NCBI GenBank assembly: GCA_028023455.1
Contig: JAQFVV010000004.1
Location: forward strand, 22,940,001-23,004,000
Origin: Epiperipatus broadwayi
Lineage: Eukaryota; Animalia; Onychophora
DNA: 64,000 nucleotides
Reading direction: 5' to 3'
The notes beneath the pieces are model-generated. The model made no database searches, was not told the origin of the DNA, and worked only from the letters and a program-made list of their open reading frames with translations. A program made the translations under genes and the position numbers. This document shows, piece after piece, positions 40,183 to 54,265 of this stretch; the stretch's first letter is position 1, and every line of letters starts with the position of its first letter.

Positions 40183-41471
40183 CTATTAGTAAATAATATA
40201 TATATAAAGTATCAAATGCAACAATGAATCGATTACATTATAATGCAACATATAAAACCTCTATGTATAAATTTAGTGTCAAAAACAAATGCAATCGAAA
40301 ATTGCATATAAAAATCTAGGCATTGCTAAATTATGTTAACATATGTATTTAAAAAAATAATTAATTTGCTACAAATCATTTCAGGAATGCCTATTTGCTC
40401 AAATGAGTTAGAACTTCTTGATTCTTAAATATTTATCTCAATATGAGCCCAAACTTTATAAATAATGTGTTAACCATAGAGATTGAAATTGAATGTGAAG
40501 TAGGTTTTAGCACAAATTTTAAATACAAGATTGTTAATGAATATGTCTATTTGTATGTAGGTATGTATTTACAACTTATTTTTAAAAATAATTTTGATAA
40601 ATAAAAAAACTAGTATATTAATTATAGGCATGTCTATATATATGAGAAATATAAGTATACAAAAATCACTTATGAGTATGAATGAATGTATATTTTATAC
40701 ATAAATTTTTCTCATAACTATAATAATAGAATTGTTATTCTATGTGAATTTTAAATAGTAATAAAAAAAGAGTATATTTTAATTTCAGTCAATATCACTT
40801 TTTCATTATTAACAGCTATGATCTGTGAAATCTTCAATGAGCTCAAAAACTAAGCAAAGGGTATAAATTATGTATATTCCATTAAATCCTTAAGTAAAGA
40901 CTTAATGTTAAGCTTTATAATGTTAAGGATATATAAAGTCAATTTTAAATATCTTAATGCAGGCCAAAAGTTTTTTTAACAGTTGTCCAAAATTCACCAA
41001 CCTAAATTACAATTATTGGTTTTCCTTTTCTAATTTATCTCAAGCTAGAAATATCTAGTTACTATTTACAAAATAGTAATTGGATGACTAACTAGGCTGG
41101 CTATATAAAGGAACAATCCTAAGCATGCCAGCAACCGAAAAATTATTTTTGACTATGCCCATAGATTATTTATTTATATGACTAATACCAGATTCCTTCT
41201 GAGCATTTCAAATCAGAATGTATTTAAAAAATGACATACTGACTTTTGATATATGTTTTTCAATTTAGTTTTAGCATTTTTCTATTATCTTTTTTTTTAA
41301 ATCTTTAAATATTGTTAATTTATTTCTTAATTTCAAATTTAAAAAAAAAAAAATCTTGCTTATTTTAACAGTCTACGTTTTTTATAATACCCTACATAAT
41401 CACACTGAAAAATATTCTTATTTGCTAAATGTGACAGTAGGGACCTCTACAAATCTAAACACAAGATTAAC

Positions 41472-41594
41472 GACTTTAAAAGACAAGAGCGGCCATTCCT
41501 ATCTTCACGCTCTCAAATCAAAATGCTTTAGATTCATCTATATATTTAGAAATTAGGTCGAAGATAGGAGTGGCCACTCTTGTCTTTTAAAGTC
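41472..41594. mobile_element. 123-bp hairpin MITE
   Basis: ~36-bp inverted arms GACTTTAAAAGACAAGAGCGGCCATTCCTATCTTC and GAAGATAGGAGTGGCCACTCTTGTCTTTTAAAGTC; TSD ambiguous. Confidence 0.7.
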
Positions 41595-41699
41595 TAATTC
41601 CTAGCAGCTGAAACCAATTTCTTACTAAGATTGGAGTAAGGACTCTTTTTACTATATACTAGGGCAGTAATTTTATTTTGGTTTTCAGTTTAATTGGTA

Positions 41700-42740
41700 C
41701 CACTTCTTTACCTTGTGTATTGATCCCATTTCTAATTATATTCATGGCTATAATCACTTTTTTCGCAGTGACGCTCTTTCTAGTCTTCTTTATTAACTTT
41801 GTCCAATTGTTTCGCGAAGTTAAGGACAATCCACGCTACTGTCAATTTCCACATTGGTTTTTTGCCCGAGAATTTGTTTTAACTTCACTTTTACTATTGA
41901 CTCCTCTGTTCCATGATTTGAACTTTGCACATTTAGTGCTTTTAAATTTACAGACCTTTTTAAAATATCCCTTGAAACTACAACAGTAGCATACAAGACT
42001 TTTTAAGGCTTCAGTAGCTCATTGTCTGAAAGGCAGTTTTATTTACTGTTCATTTTATATGTTAACTACACTGAAATTCTGTGGTATCTTCCATAAGTAA
42101 TGTATTATATATTTGTCCATTGCCTGCTTATATGTCAAGGCTATTTATTTCATTGAGAACTTGAGGTAACATTATTAGTCATCCCCCATAGCCTCTGACC
42201 AAGAAGCATGTCACCTAGTTCAGCACTAAATTGTCAGTGTTTTGCCAATTCCTGGAGTGCTATCCTATTTCTGATACTTTTCACTTGGTGCTCTTTTCTT
42301 TCCTATTTCTAAAATGTAGTCGTGACACCTATTTAGATGTCATTGGTTTGAAATATGTACTTTAAGCTCTAAGTACGCTACTTCTTCTGGAGCTTTGATT
42401 TGCAAAGTTTTTTTTTCTATTTGCAGAACCTCTTTGTCTGCCAACCACATCCACATCGCTAATTTAGGTTATCATCTATCTTATTAATGAGCATATATTT
42501 CTCTATGTGCTCCAACATACACAGTCCAATTGGCTGCATCACTAACAACAAATTTGTTAACATTATTGTTGAACACCATTTTCGAAACTTGTTTACTTAT
42601 AATATTGACATGCTAAAATGCCTTCGGTAAACATTTAATATATAGTTTCTCTATTGACCGAAGCTGCTCTGCTATAAATTTCAGGTCATCTATCGACTAC
42701 AACACTCTGCAATGTACACCGGGATATATGAACACTACCA
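41700..42740 (-). pseudogene. Possible LTR-element gag remnant
   Basis: LVCYCCSFKGYFKKVCK at ~41945-41996 fits CX2CX4HX4C with H replaced by Y; the rest is riddled with stops; ends approximate. Confidence 0.4.
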
Positions 42741-44725
42741 GGTTGAGTTAAACAATACAAATAAGAATTATATTCATAATAAAAAAATATATATAAGTAA
42801 ATGAAACTAAACACTAATTCTTGAGAAAACAGTCTCTAACATAAACATAAACTTAAAGTTCAGTACATGCAAATTTTTCTAGAGTGATAACTAAATATTG
42901 TGTTGTAATTATAACTCATATTTAATATTAACAATATCTTATATACATACATTTCTTTATTTATATATTTTCTTTATTTACTATACTGTTACATATTTCA
43001 ATATAATACAGAAATAGTAAATAGATATTAAATTAGGAAATTCCCAAAATGACCTCACTTATATAACATTTGTATTCCAGTCATAAAAGAAGACTAAAGC
43101 AATTATATTAGTAATATGTAAATTATACATATGGGCATAATTCTAGTGTGCTTTCATCAAAAATACTAGTATTAAAATATTTTCAAACCTCATTTATTCT
43201 TAAAAATAATTTTTTTAAAAACTGAATTTTAAATTCCATAAGTTTATATATTTTGCATTTTTGTTTTCAAGATTTCATATTAAAGCAATGCCAGTGATTT
43301 TGCTATCATACACAAGTTTAGATATATACACATTTTTTTAAGTCATAAATTTTAATATTTATAATTAGTTTTATATTTTCTATTATACATATTTTAAAAT
43401 TTGTCATTTCTATAATATTTTTGTTTTGTTGGCAAAAAAAAATGGCAATAAGCAGTGATATTGGTGAGAAAGAATCTAAAAGAGTAACAAATTTATACAG
43501 TTTACTGCATACATTCATCAACCAATGTAACTTTTTATTAAAAAAATAAAATTTTCAAATTATTATTTTTCTTTTACTTAATTCTTGTTTTAGAAAAAGA
43601 AGGCTATAATAAGACATAAGATGTCTAAAAATTAATAAATAAATATGCCAATAAGAGCAACTTGTAAACAAAATTTCAAAGAATGCACAAATGAATGAAA
43701 AAATTTATTTATTAAAAATTAGAGTTCTTTACTAAATTGCATGTAATAGCAATAAATAAAAGTTTGACAGTCTTACACTTTTCTCATTATAATTTATTTA
43801 ACTATCATTTTAGTGTCACTTCTATAAGGAGCTTTTTATTTTGAAATCGCTTTCCTCCTACATATAATATCAGTCATTCAAAAATAATATCAACAAATAT
43901 CTTCTATTAAGGCTAATTTTTTTTTTTTCCCACATTCTTTTTATATTTTAGCATTAATATTCGTTATCCTTTTTTGAGTTTTGCTAATAATAAAAAATAT
44001 TAAAATTCACACACGCACTAAAAAAAAAAAGAAAAATCCTACATTTACTTTCCAAAATCTATCAATTGAAGGAAATTTTTATCAAAAGTATTTCTAACAT
44101 TTTTCTCTCGATCTCTTTTGCTCTAACCAAAAAAAAAATTATTTGCAATTTGGGAATTGATTCTTTTTTTAACTTTTGAAACTTGTTTTGTTTTTGTTTT
44201 TAAAAAAAAAGTTTTGACTCTTCCTATTTTTTCATTTAACTCTCAAGTTTAGTTATAATTTATCAATAACTTTAACCAAGCTTTCATCAAAATTTATTTT
44301 CTTCAGTCTTAATGCTAGTTCTTATAAAATTTCCATTATACTTTCTGAAAACATAACCCTCAAATTTGCTATTCTGATTCAACAGAAAGTGCTTTTTTTA
44401 AAAAAAAAAAGATTTAAATCTAATTTCCAAAAAATTGTCAATATTTAGTCACTATGTAAGTAAACCTCTTTTTATTATAAATAGCAACCAATATTCCTTC
44501 TACCTTATGAAAATTGTCTCTAATTTTTATTTCTCTTATTATGAAGCACTGTCTTTAAAATATGATTTTTTCCCCCTTATGATATGACATTCCCATAGGA
44601 TTTGTTTTCTCTGTTAATACTCAACACAAAAAAAGAAGAAAGAAAAGTTGCTCCTTTTTTAAAAAAAAAAAAAAATCCTGTTTTCTATTTTTAATTCGTA
44701 TATTGCTTTAAAAAAATAAAGTTAC

Positions 44726-44930
44726 CTTCTGCAAGCTTTGCCATGAGTTGGAGACGTCCTGTGGCACCTAGATCAATACCTGTACGATCCAATTCATCGC
44801 TATCTAAAAAGGAAGGTCCTTGAGAAGCATCTGATCTTTCTGTCACATGTCCAACTTTCATAGGACGACCAGCTAGTTCAAATCCATCAAGTTGTTCCAA
44901 TGCTTTTTTTGCATCTTCAGAATCATGGAA
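44726..44930 (-). CDS. RBM39: RBM39 exon (end of RRM2)
   Basis: FHDSEDAKKALEQLDGFELAGRPMKVGHVTER...GIDLGATGRLQLMAKLAE; 205 nt. Confidence 0.97.
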
Positions 44931-47900
44931 CTATTATTTAGAATTAAACAATATAAAATTAAAAAAATATTGTAAAAATGATACCTTAAATAATAATTAT
45001 GAGATTCCTTAATTTAAAAAGATTATTGTCATTTGATATTGATCAAAGTTTACAGTTCTTCTAAACATATATACAACACAAATGTTCCAGAAATACATAT
45101 GTACAGCAAATGAATTGCATATTGACATATCTTTTGAAATATATATTAATGATATGTGCATAAATAGACCCAAATATAAAATTAATTTAATTCTGTGATT
45201 ATAGAAATAAATTTAAACAATGGAAGACAGGATGGAAAATTAATAATGTAAAAATAGTTGAGAGATAAAGAAATCGAAAATTACAGAAGCTATTATGGAA
45301 ACATGGGCAAAGAAGTTAAAGAACTGATATTTATGTTTAATGATTCTTTAAATACTGCTTTGACATCATGAAACAATACTGGGATAACTAATCGATAAAT
45401 TTAAAATTCTTTTCTTTGGAAAAGGGATTTCTTGTTTTCTTTATGAAGGGAACTATAGATGACAACATGTGTACATTGCATATTTCCACCCTTAATAAAA
45501 ATAAAGAAAACAATTTTATATAATTAACATAAGATCATCAATGACCAACTAAACATTCTACGAATAACTCATGGTTAATAAACACTACACCCCCACAACA
45601 ATGAAGTTAATGATTGTGTAATTATGTGACTAATACTTTTTTTAAACACTAAAAGTAACAAGACATATCCTATAACAATTATATTCATTAGCACTCTTAC
45701 ATTTCATCCTAATCGAATATTTGTAAAACAAATCTACGACATCGTATAAAATGTGTAGCATTCGATTAATAAATCTAACTCCCTCACTTCTAATGAATAT
45801 GGATTCTTCATACCAAATAAACTCATGAATATATTCATTACTATAAATTAAATATTTACTATATTTGTAACAATTCATATATTTGATAGTAACCTCACCA
45901 TAAACTACATTCCCAAATTGTTAATCTTACAAAGCAAACACATATCACTGACCTTACTCTGTGATCGAGACATGATGATAAAACCATTTAGATTTTTACC
46001 TCTTTTGATAAAATCTTACATTTCCCACCACTATTTAATCTTGTGATGGAATTACCGTTGAAAGTAACCTGGTCATTTATTTTATATTGTAGCTCTGAGT
46101 TTTCAAACTTTGGACTTCTTTCTCCTGTCTATTCTACAGCTTCTCTAACTCTTTATCACTGATTTGTTGATACTCATTTAACTTAGTTTCTAGGACTCTA
46201 CCTTTATTCTAGCATTCCAAACTATACCTTTCTGTCTTAATTTCCATCTCCTGAGTTCAATTTTGCCCCTTTCCATGCTATCTTCTAACGTATTGATTTT
46301 TATTTGCATTTGTCTTGGAGTCCTTTCCATTTTACTCACTAGTCCATTAAACTTAGCATTCAAAGAATTTATTTGCTTGTGCCCAATTCTTATTTTATGA
46401 ACTATCTCTGGATGCACCTGTTTGATTTCTTATCTTAGACTATTCTCTAACTCATATTAACCCTCTTCTATCTTCATGATTAACATTTCCTGGCCTTGTT
46501 TCAATTCATTTCAGTATTTCTTGATTTTCATTGATCTTATTCATTAAATCTTTTGATAATGTTTCTTGGCTTTGATTAATTTCTATCATTAAGCCAAAAG
46601 TGCTATTATAGATTCATTTTGATCAATTTTTGATGTGACAGACTTCAGTAACTTCTCTTCTCTGTTCTAACATATCTAACTCTCATTTTCAATAATTTAT
46701 TTCAAATATGTATTTATTATTTTATTTTAGAAAGAAAAGAACATGACTTTACTCAATTCAATATCCCACACCAAACGAAATGAACAACTCACTTTTTTTA
46801 TGCTTCATATATTGACCCCTACAGCTTAATTAAATGTCTATTCATATACATTTTGATTTATATAAAAGACCCTTTCAATATGAATTACCAAAATAGCATC
46901 ATTTTTCAATAGTGATTGACTTACCTATTCACACTGATATTATTCCAAGCTAACATTCAACTTATATCAAGTACAACATAATCTAAATTTCATGACTATA
47001 CTCAAAAGACTTTGTATCATGCTCTTGCCAACAAATCTGAACAGTGAGCACCAATATTTTCCATTTATTTTCCAAAATAACTAGGAGACAATACCATTAA
47101 TAAAACAAGTTGGCTTCAAATACTTTTCATTATTTATTTACAGTTACTTCATGAGAATTTAAGAATAATTATTAATAATGAGCCCACATTCCTTTGGCAT
47201 TTTACTAACATATAGTACATATGTGGTGCTTTTTAAAGTCATAAACATAAATTCTTATTTTTATTATTATATGGCAAGTCCAGACATCATCATCTGTTCT
47301 TTGCCTTCACATGCCCCCTTTTAGCATATTTACAAAACATCTTATTTATAAAGCACTTTACAGTTCAGTCATTTCTCAACCCATGTATTGTTACATATTT
47401 AGAAAACAATTTGACATCCCAGTCTAAATTCAAATCCTTAGCAAAGCACAACTACAATTTTAAAATTATTATCTATTGAGTCATATTTTGACCATATCTA
47501 TCATTTTACAACTCTAAATCTCTCATGAGTTAGTAACAAATACTCTTGGTCCCATACTGGGCACCAAAAATGTAATTGAAACTATTATAAAATATAAGAA
47601 CAATGCAAATGAAACAACATTGTCTCATAAATAGCAACATTCCTCTGTTGGACGAGCCCAAACAATATGGACAATTAATAAAATAATGGCTGAAAAGCTG
47701 TCTGATCTACAAATGCCCACGTATTTGAGCAAGCTAAAAAATATAATGGATAAATGTACTTAGGCAACCAAAAAATACAACTAATAAATAAACAAATAAA
47801 TGAATTAATCCATAAATTGGGTTCTATGATAGTTTGGATTTACATTTACAATGGACTCATGAATTTGTAAGGTGCCAATGGTCCATAATAAATATTTTTG

Positions 47901-49303
47901 CTTAGAAAAGAAGAGCAAGTTCAATAAATAATATTTTACTTGCTAATGAGCTATAGTATGGGATATACATTTAAATATTTTAATTATAAATAAAGTGTGT
48001 AATAAAATAGTTTTATAATGATTCATGCAATAGGCAAATCAAAGAACTTAGATTAATAAAATATTTATTGAAGTAAATATTAACTCACCGAGGTGGCTAA
48101 GATAAAGAACATAATTCTAATTTTACCAACTGCAATCTAATATCATATATCTTTATAATTTACCCCTACCAGATGGCAATTAATAGAAACGATTTATGAT
48201 TAAAATTATTAATACATAGTCATAAAGGGTTAATTACAAATACCTTCTCACAAAAAAAAAAAAAAAAACATGTAATAAAATGTTAATATTATTATCTTTT
48301 ATATATATTTTCCTTTAATATATATCTTGGACTCAAGTAATGCTTTTTTTTAATAACATTTTTTAAAAAATAATTTAAATAAATTAGATAGAATATTATT
48401 AATGTTTTATTTTGATTTGTTTCCAAAAAATTGAGTCTTAATTACGTGAGTCTATTATTCAAACTTATATCGATTGATAAGATAAAACTGCCTTATAATT
48501 AAAATTATTAATAAATAAAAAAATTTAATAAATATTTTATCGTTAAACTACTATTATACTCTTAATCAATATTAATAAATGAAATTTATTTAATATAGAT
48601 AATTTAAAAGAAATTTTTCTCTTAGTTTCTGTTACCAAGTTTAGCTTATATATATAATTTCAGCTTAGATTCCACGTTTTCTTTGGCACATCAATGATAA
48701 CAAAATATAAATATAGGTTTCCATGAACATTTTTATCCTTAAATAATATTAACTATTCCTTTGTTGATATTACAATCCATGGTAAATTTTGATAGTGTCA
48801 TAGCTTATGACAGTTAAGCACAACATTTGTTATTAATCGTTTGAATCATAAAAATATCAAATGAAGGGAAGTTTGGTGTCGTCCCCCCAAAAAAAATAAA
48901 TTTTCTACTCACAAATACTTATTTCCTTGTCATAAGTCCAGAATTTATTTGTAAAAGCAAGGTAAGTTAAAACACAAAATTTTAAGCAATAGAAAGTGCA
49001 TGTGCTCTCTTTGCTGAATTTGTTTCTATAGCTATAGTAATGCAAAAGGCAGTCATTTTTTTTTATTATAAGCACTAGCTTAAAATTTAATAAAGTATCC
49101 ATTTACTCTCCATTTACTCAAAATTAACAAATATATTATATAAGACCTTTAACTGTTTTCTTTATTTAGTTATTTATACACTATGAGGAGAATATAGATG
49201 GCAACATGTGTCCATTACAATATCCTTATACATTTTTAATAATTTTCTAAATATTAATCTTTTATCTTATTCTTATTTTTGACTGTTTTATATTTTTAAT
49301 ATA

Positions 49304-50309
49304 CACCTGGGTGTCATTTTACGCAATAGATAGGTTCCTGGAACACCTGGGTGTCATTTTACGCGATAGATAGGTTCCTGAGAAAACACGCGCAAATGAA
49401 ATCGTGCAAAAATAGACGTAACTTACCTTGAAAAAGGGGGGATACGGACAGTGATTTTTCAAAAATCGCGTAAAAGCAAAGCACCAACGTAAAATTACTT
49501 TAAAATTCGCGCAAAAAAAAAATAAGGAAATAAAATATGACTAATAAAAAATTTCAAATTTGAAAAAAATTGATACAAGACAAACTTTTTTTAACTATAA
49601 TATTTAATTTTATTCAAAATAATATATTTTTATGCATAATTTACAGTAATTTACATTTTTTTGTACACGTTTTAATTATTATCGCTATTTGCCGATAAAC
49701 AGGTTCGTTTGCAAACTGGTGAAAAATCAGATTTTTCACAAGAGGAAATACGACTAGTGCCAACGTCACTCTCATGTTGTGTTAATGGTTTTCTGGTGAC
49801 AACAAAATTAGTAATTAATCTAACAACTAAAAATTAAATTCTTATTTTTGTGTTTAATTTTTTAATTTTCAATTTTAATTGTGCCCACTGCTATACTCAC
49901 CTTTTAAAAATAAACTTGCAGACACTCAATGATTAATAATTGATTACGTTCTTTTTTAAAAAGCAAAAACAAAATGTGATTTAAAATGCAAAATTAACAC
50001 GCACAATGTTTGAACAAATTTACATTATAATCTTGTAAAATTTAATGTGTGTATACATAAAATGTGGAAATCATGATTTTAATTTCATTATTGCATAAAA
50101 TCTTACTATTATAAAGCACTGAAAATATTGAAATTACTAAGATGAAAGTCGAATTTCAATTATGTGCTATTACTTTCAATATGACATAGGTGTGCGAAAT
50201 TTATTATTTAAAGTAATAGTGCATTATCGGAGTTCGACTTCCAGAGAAACGTGAATCACGTAACTTCAAAATCGCATTAAATAAATCCACGTAAAAAGAG
50301 ACCCAGATG
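49304..50309 (+). mobile_element. Tc1/mariner-pogo (Tigger-like) non-autonomous element
   Basis: TA|CACCTGGGTGTCATTTTACGC...CACGTAAAAAGAGACCCAGATG|TA; CpG-rich subterminal motifs; the first 40 bp are tandemly duplicated. Confidence 0.75.
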
Positions 50310-51355
50310 TATATATATCTGATGTGTTATTCTACATTTGTATAACTTTAAACTTTTAAATAATTTAACTTTTTTCTATCACTTTAATCATTTCATTAAC
50401 AATGTAATAAAATTTAAGGTAATAAATTAAAAAAAAAGAAAGGGTAGAGGATCGCCATATACACCTCATTAAAAAATAAATATTTTAAAACTACTTTTTG
50501 ATGTTTTTATTTTAAATTGCTTTATTTTTGTATATTTCAACTTTCGTGCACGTTTCAGGAACCAATTAGGTACGAATGTCAAGGACTGCCTGTACTATAA
50601 ATACGAATATTTTGTAGATGTAACATTTAAAAAGGAAGACAATGTTCCCAAAAATTAATTTTTTCTAAATCAAGTCAATGTACTATAAGTAAGTACATTT
50701 AAACATTTTTTGATTCTGGAAAATGCTAAAATAACAGCTAGGCATATTTGTTTTCTTTTAAAATCACCATCATTTTTGTAATAAAATAATAAATATAAAT
50801 AAATTTCATACACAAGTAAAAATTTCTAAAAACAAATAAGAAAATTTAAAAACAAGATGATTAACAGTTTACTTGAACTGCATTTTCTAAATAGAATTTC
50901 ATTTTTTTTAATACTTGAATTATTTAGTTTAAAAAAAAAAAAAAAGATTATGTGAAGTTTTTGAGTTCAATGTTGGCTAATAAAAGTTATGACTATTATA
51001 ATTCCTTTTTTAAAAAATAAGCTAATTTTCTTCTCGAAATTTAATATTATATCTGTTGGAAAAACTCTTGATATCATTCACTTCCTTTTTATTTCAAAAT
51101 TCCTTGCCAGTATTTAAAATTCAGTATATTTCCTGAATGGAAATCCACAAATAACATTTTACTTTAGCAAATCGAAGATTTAACACTGTTTTAGCAATCA
51201 AAATTAAATAAGATTCAAACTTACTTGAAAGTTATTGATGTTTATGTGTATTCCCAATATTCAAATATGGAAAGAAATTTAATCCATAACACTTCATATA
51301 TTTAAATAAATCACATAATATAAAACATCTTTATAATAATAAAAATAAATGTATA

Positions 51356-52254
51356 TAGACCTAGACCTCACTTAGCGATTGGCTACTTAGCGATATTTCA
51401 CAATAGCAATCATCATCAATTTGTACCCACTACTTTGATTTACAATTGACTATTCAGTATAACGATCGGGAATTTTTTTTTATTTGACATATCTTGAATT
51501 TTGCGTCACTGATGATGTCAGAGAATAGGTATTTTAAAGTCATTTTACCCAAAAAATAATCGACTTATAGCAAATATAAAATAAAAGAAAAATAAACTTA
51601 GTACTGTTAAATTTTTTTTTCTTTTAAAATAAGTTGAATTTTTTTTCTTCTAAAGTTGACTGACTTACAATACGCATTTTGTTACTCTGGTGTACAGTAA
51701 TAAGTCTTTATGTTCAATTAAATAATTTATAATTAAACATTGATTTTTAATTTTAATAATTTTAAGTAATAAACATAAATGTACAGTAATATGTAATAAT
51801 ATATATGTGCTATTTGTGCAGATAATGAAGCTAGAATAAAGTGATTTTTTTATTTTAAAAATGCACTTCAGTATGAATTTTTTTTCATTACGATGAAAAA
51901 CTTCTGCGGAAGAATATAAAAACTTAAAATTTAGTTTCACTTTCTCTTTGCTGTACTGTACTTTTTAAGCATTTGCTGTACTGTACTTTTTAAACAGAGA
52001 AAATGCGCATTTTTTTCCCTAGTGATATAAAACTTTTCTTTTTAGATACTGTACAGTTTACACGTACACTGCATTCGATAAATAATTTTTTTAATATGTA
52101 CTTTATTTCTAAGTTAGTGTAACTTTTTAGCTTTAGGAACCGATCAATTTTTTTCCCATAGACCCCCATTGTAAATACGTATTATGTATACGATATTCTT
52201 GCTTAACGATGAGTTCTGGAGAATCAATTGCCATCGCTAAGAGGGATAAAGGTG
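51356..52254. mobile_element. Second Tigger-like non-autonomous element
   Basis: Ends share CTTAGCGAT / ATCGCTAAG with TA flanks; internal TACTGTAC repeats; TIRs diverged. Confidence 0.55.
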
Positions 52255-52423
52255 TATATAATAAAAATAATAATACAGAAAAGCTCTTTTATGGACAATA
52301 GTTCCAACTCATTGAAAAGGGCTAAAATAAATATTTGCCAAAAAGAATTTTTCTGTATTATTATTTTTATTACAAATATAAAATTACCGTTGTTATATAA
52401 TGATATTTTACTTTATATTATAT

Positions 52424-53376
52424 TACATTAAAGATCAGCCTTTCAAGCTATTGTGCATGCGCTTTTTACGAGTGTTAATAATAAATGAATACTTTCACTC
52501 CCAACACAAGATATAGTATTTACGAAAGAATACGATGAATCCACCTATTCTTTCCAACCCAAATGCTTATATATGGGCAAATCTTAAGTACTGGAAATGA
52601 AAGGGTGAGAATAGACCACTCACTTTAAATTACTGTTTACGATGTCTGAATGAATGACATCGACGAAATTATCTAGAATTTACTAAACGTCACTCTCAAA
52701 TGAAACTTAAACATATGTAAATAAAATGAATCCACCTATTCTTTTATTCATTTATTATTAACACTTGTAAAAAGTGCATGCACAATAGCTTGAAAGGCTG
52801 ATTTTTAATGTATTACAATTTATAAACATTGCGCTATATATAAAATAAATGCTTATTTACATATGTTTAAGTTTCATTTGAGAGTGACGTTTAGTAAATT
52901 CTAGATAATTTAGTCGACATCATTCATTCAGACATCATAAACAGTAATTTAAAGTGAGTGGTCTATCCTCACGCTTTCGTTTCCAGTACTAAAGATTTGC
53001 CCATATACAAGCATTTGGGTTGGAAAGAATAGGTGGATTCATTTTATTCTTTCATAAATACTATATCTTGTATTGGGAGTGAAAGTATTCATTTATTATT
53101 AACACTCATAAAAAGCGCACGCACAATAGCTTGAAAGGCTGATCTTTAATGTATTACAATTTATAAACATTGTGCTATATATAAAATAAATGCTTATTTA
53201 CATATGTTTAAGTTTCATTTGAGAGTGACGTTTAGTAAATTCTAGATAATTTTGTTGACGTCATTCATTCAGACATCGTAAACAGTAAAAAGCGCATGCA
53301 CAATAGCTTGAAAGGCTGATCTTTAATGTATTACAATTTATAAACATTGTGCTATATATAAAATAAATGCTTATTT
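52424..53376. repeat. Tandem and inverted cluster of a ~341-bp unit
   Basis: Direct copies offset by 341 nt (52747 and 53088), a third partial copy, and one ~300-bp inverted permuted copy at 52424-52730. Confidence 0.9.
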
Positions 53377-53565
53377 TATATTATATGATTTATTCCTAAC
53401 GTTATAACTATTTATTCGTTAAACTTATTACTAACTTATAAAATAAATACAAAATATAAATAATATAATATTACATTTTCTATAAAAAATAAATGCAAGA
53501 ATTCGCATTGATTAAAAAATGTTATTAATTACATAAACACTGGAGTTTTTTTAAAAATCATTTAC

Positions 53566-53631
53566 CGTTATAAAACCATAGCCTTTTGATCGATTGGTTT
53601 CTGGATCCATCATAAGTTGAATATGGTCAAT
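53566..53631 (-). CDS. RBM39: RBM39 exon (RRM2)
   Basis: IDHIQLMMDPETNRSKGYGFIT; 66 nt; AG/GT ends. Confidence 0.96.
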
Positions 53632-53708
53632 CTGTTCAAAAAATAAATATACATTCAATTTTGTTAAATTTTTTTTTATTAAAAAAAAACTTAAAAAATA
53701 AACTATAC

Positions 53709-53906
53709 CTTTCCAAAAGGTTCAAAGATGCCGCGCAACATATCTTCTGTAATATTGAAGTGAAGAGAGCCTACATAGAGTCTCATGGGTCCTGTGCTGC
53801 CCTTCTGGAGGGTGCTGGTTGCGGCAGCCGCACGATTTTTTTCAGCTTGTGTTGGCTGCACAAGAATAGGCACACCCAGCAATTTCTGACCATTTAAACC
53901 CAAAGC
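53709..53906 (-). CDS. RBM39: RBM39 exon (end of RRM1, start of RRM2)
   Basis: ALGLNGQKLLGVPILVQPTQAEKNR...GPMRLYVGSLHFNITEDMLRGIFEPFGK; 198 nt. Confidence 0.97.
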
Positions 53907-53979
53907 CTAATAAAATTAATTAGAATCAATTAGTAAATGTGAGCCTAATAAAATTAATTAGAATCAATTAGTAAATGTG
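53905..53979. repeat. 38-bp tandem duplication spanning the RBM39 3' splice site
   Basis: GCCTAATAAAATTAATTAGAATCAATTAGTAAATGTG occurs identically at 53905 and 53943. Confidence 0.95.
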
Positions 53980-54172
53980 TGTGCTTAACTATCTAAATTT
54001 ACTGGGGAGGGATTTCTAATAATGATAATATAGAAATTATATTATGTAATTCATAAAGTCTGCCTATATTTAATAACTTTTTTTTTTTGTATTTATAAAA
54101 ATAAATTATTTCGATAATTGACATTTTTGAAAAAAAATATATATATATATATAATTATTTACATTATCTTAC

Positions 54173-54265
54173 CAGAGGGACAGCTTCAGGGTCCACAAAT
54201 TCAATGTAGGCTATACCCTTCGACCTTCTTGTTTTGTTATCAGTAATGATGCGCACATCTCGTAC
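54173..54265 (-). CDS. RBM39: RBM39 exon (RRM1)
   Basis: VRDVRIITDNKTRRSKGIAYIEFVDPEAVPL; 93 nt. Confidence 0.96.

Noticed and set aside
45900-46700. Possible gag/ORF1 coiled-coil remnant (ORF 46190-46417)
   Set aside because: Probably an old retroelement, but there is no diagnostic motif or terminus to support a call.
52645-52677. CTGAATGA...GACGAAA as a hammerhead in the 341-bp unit
   Set aside because: The bases are tied up in a competing perfect hairpin, and no helix II or helix I fits.
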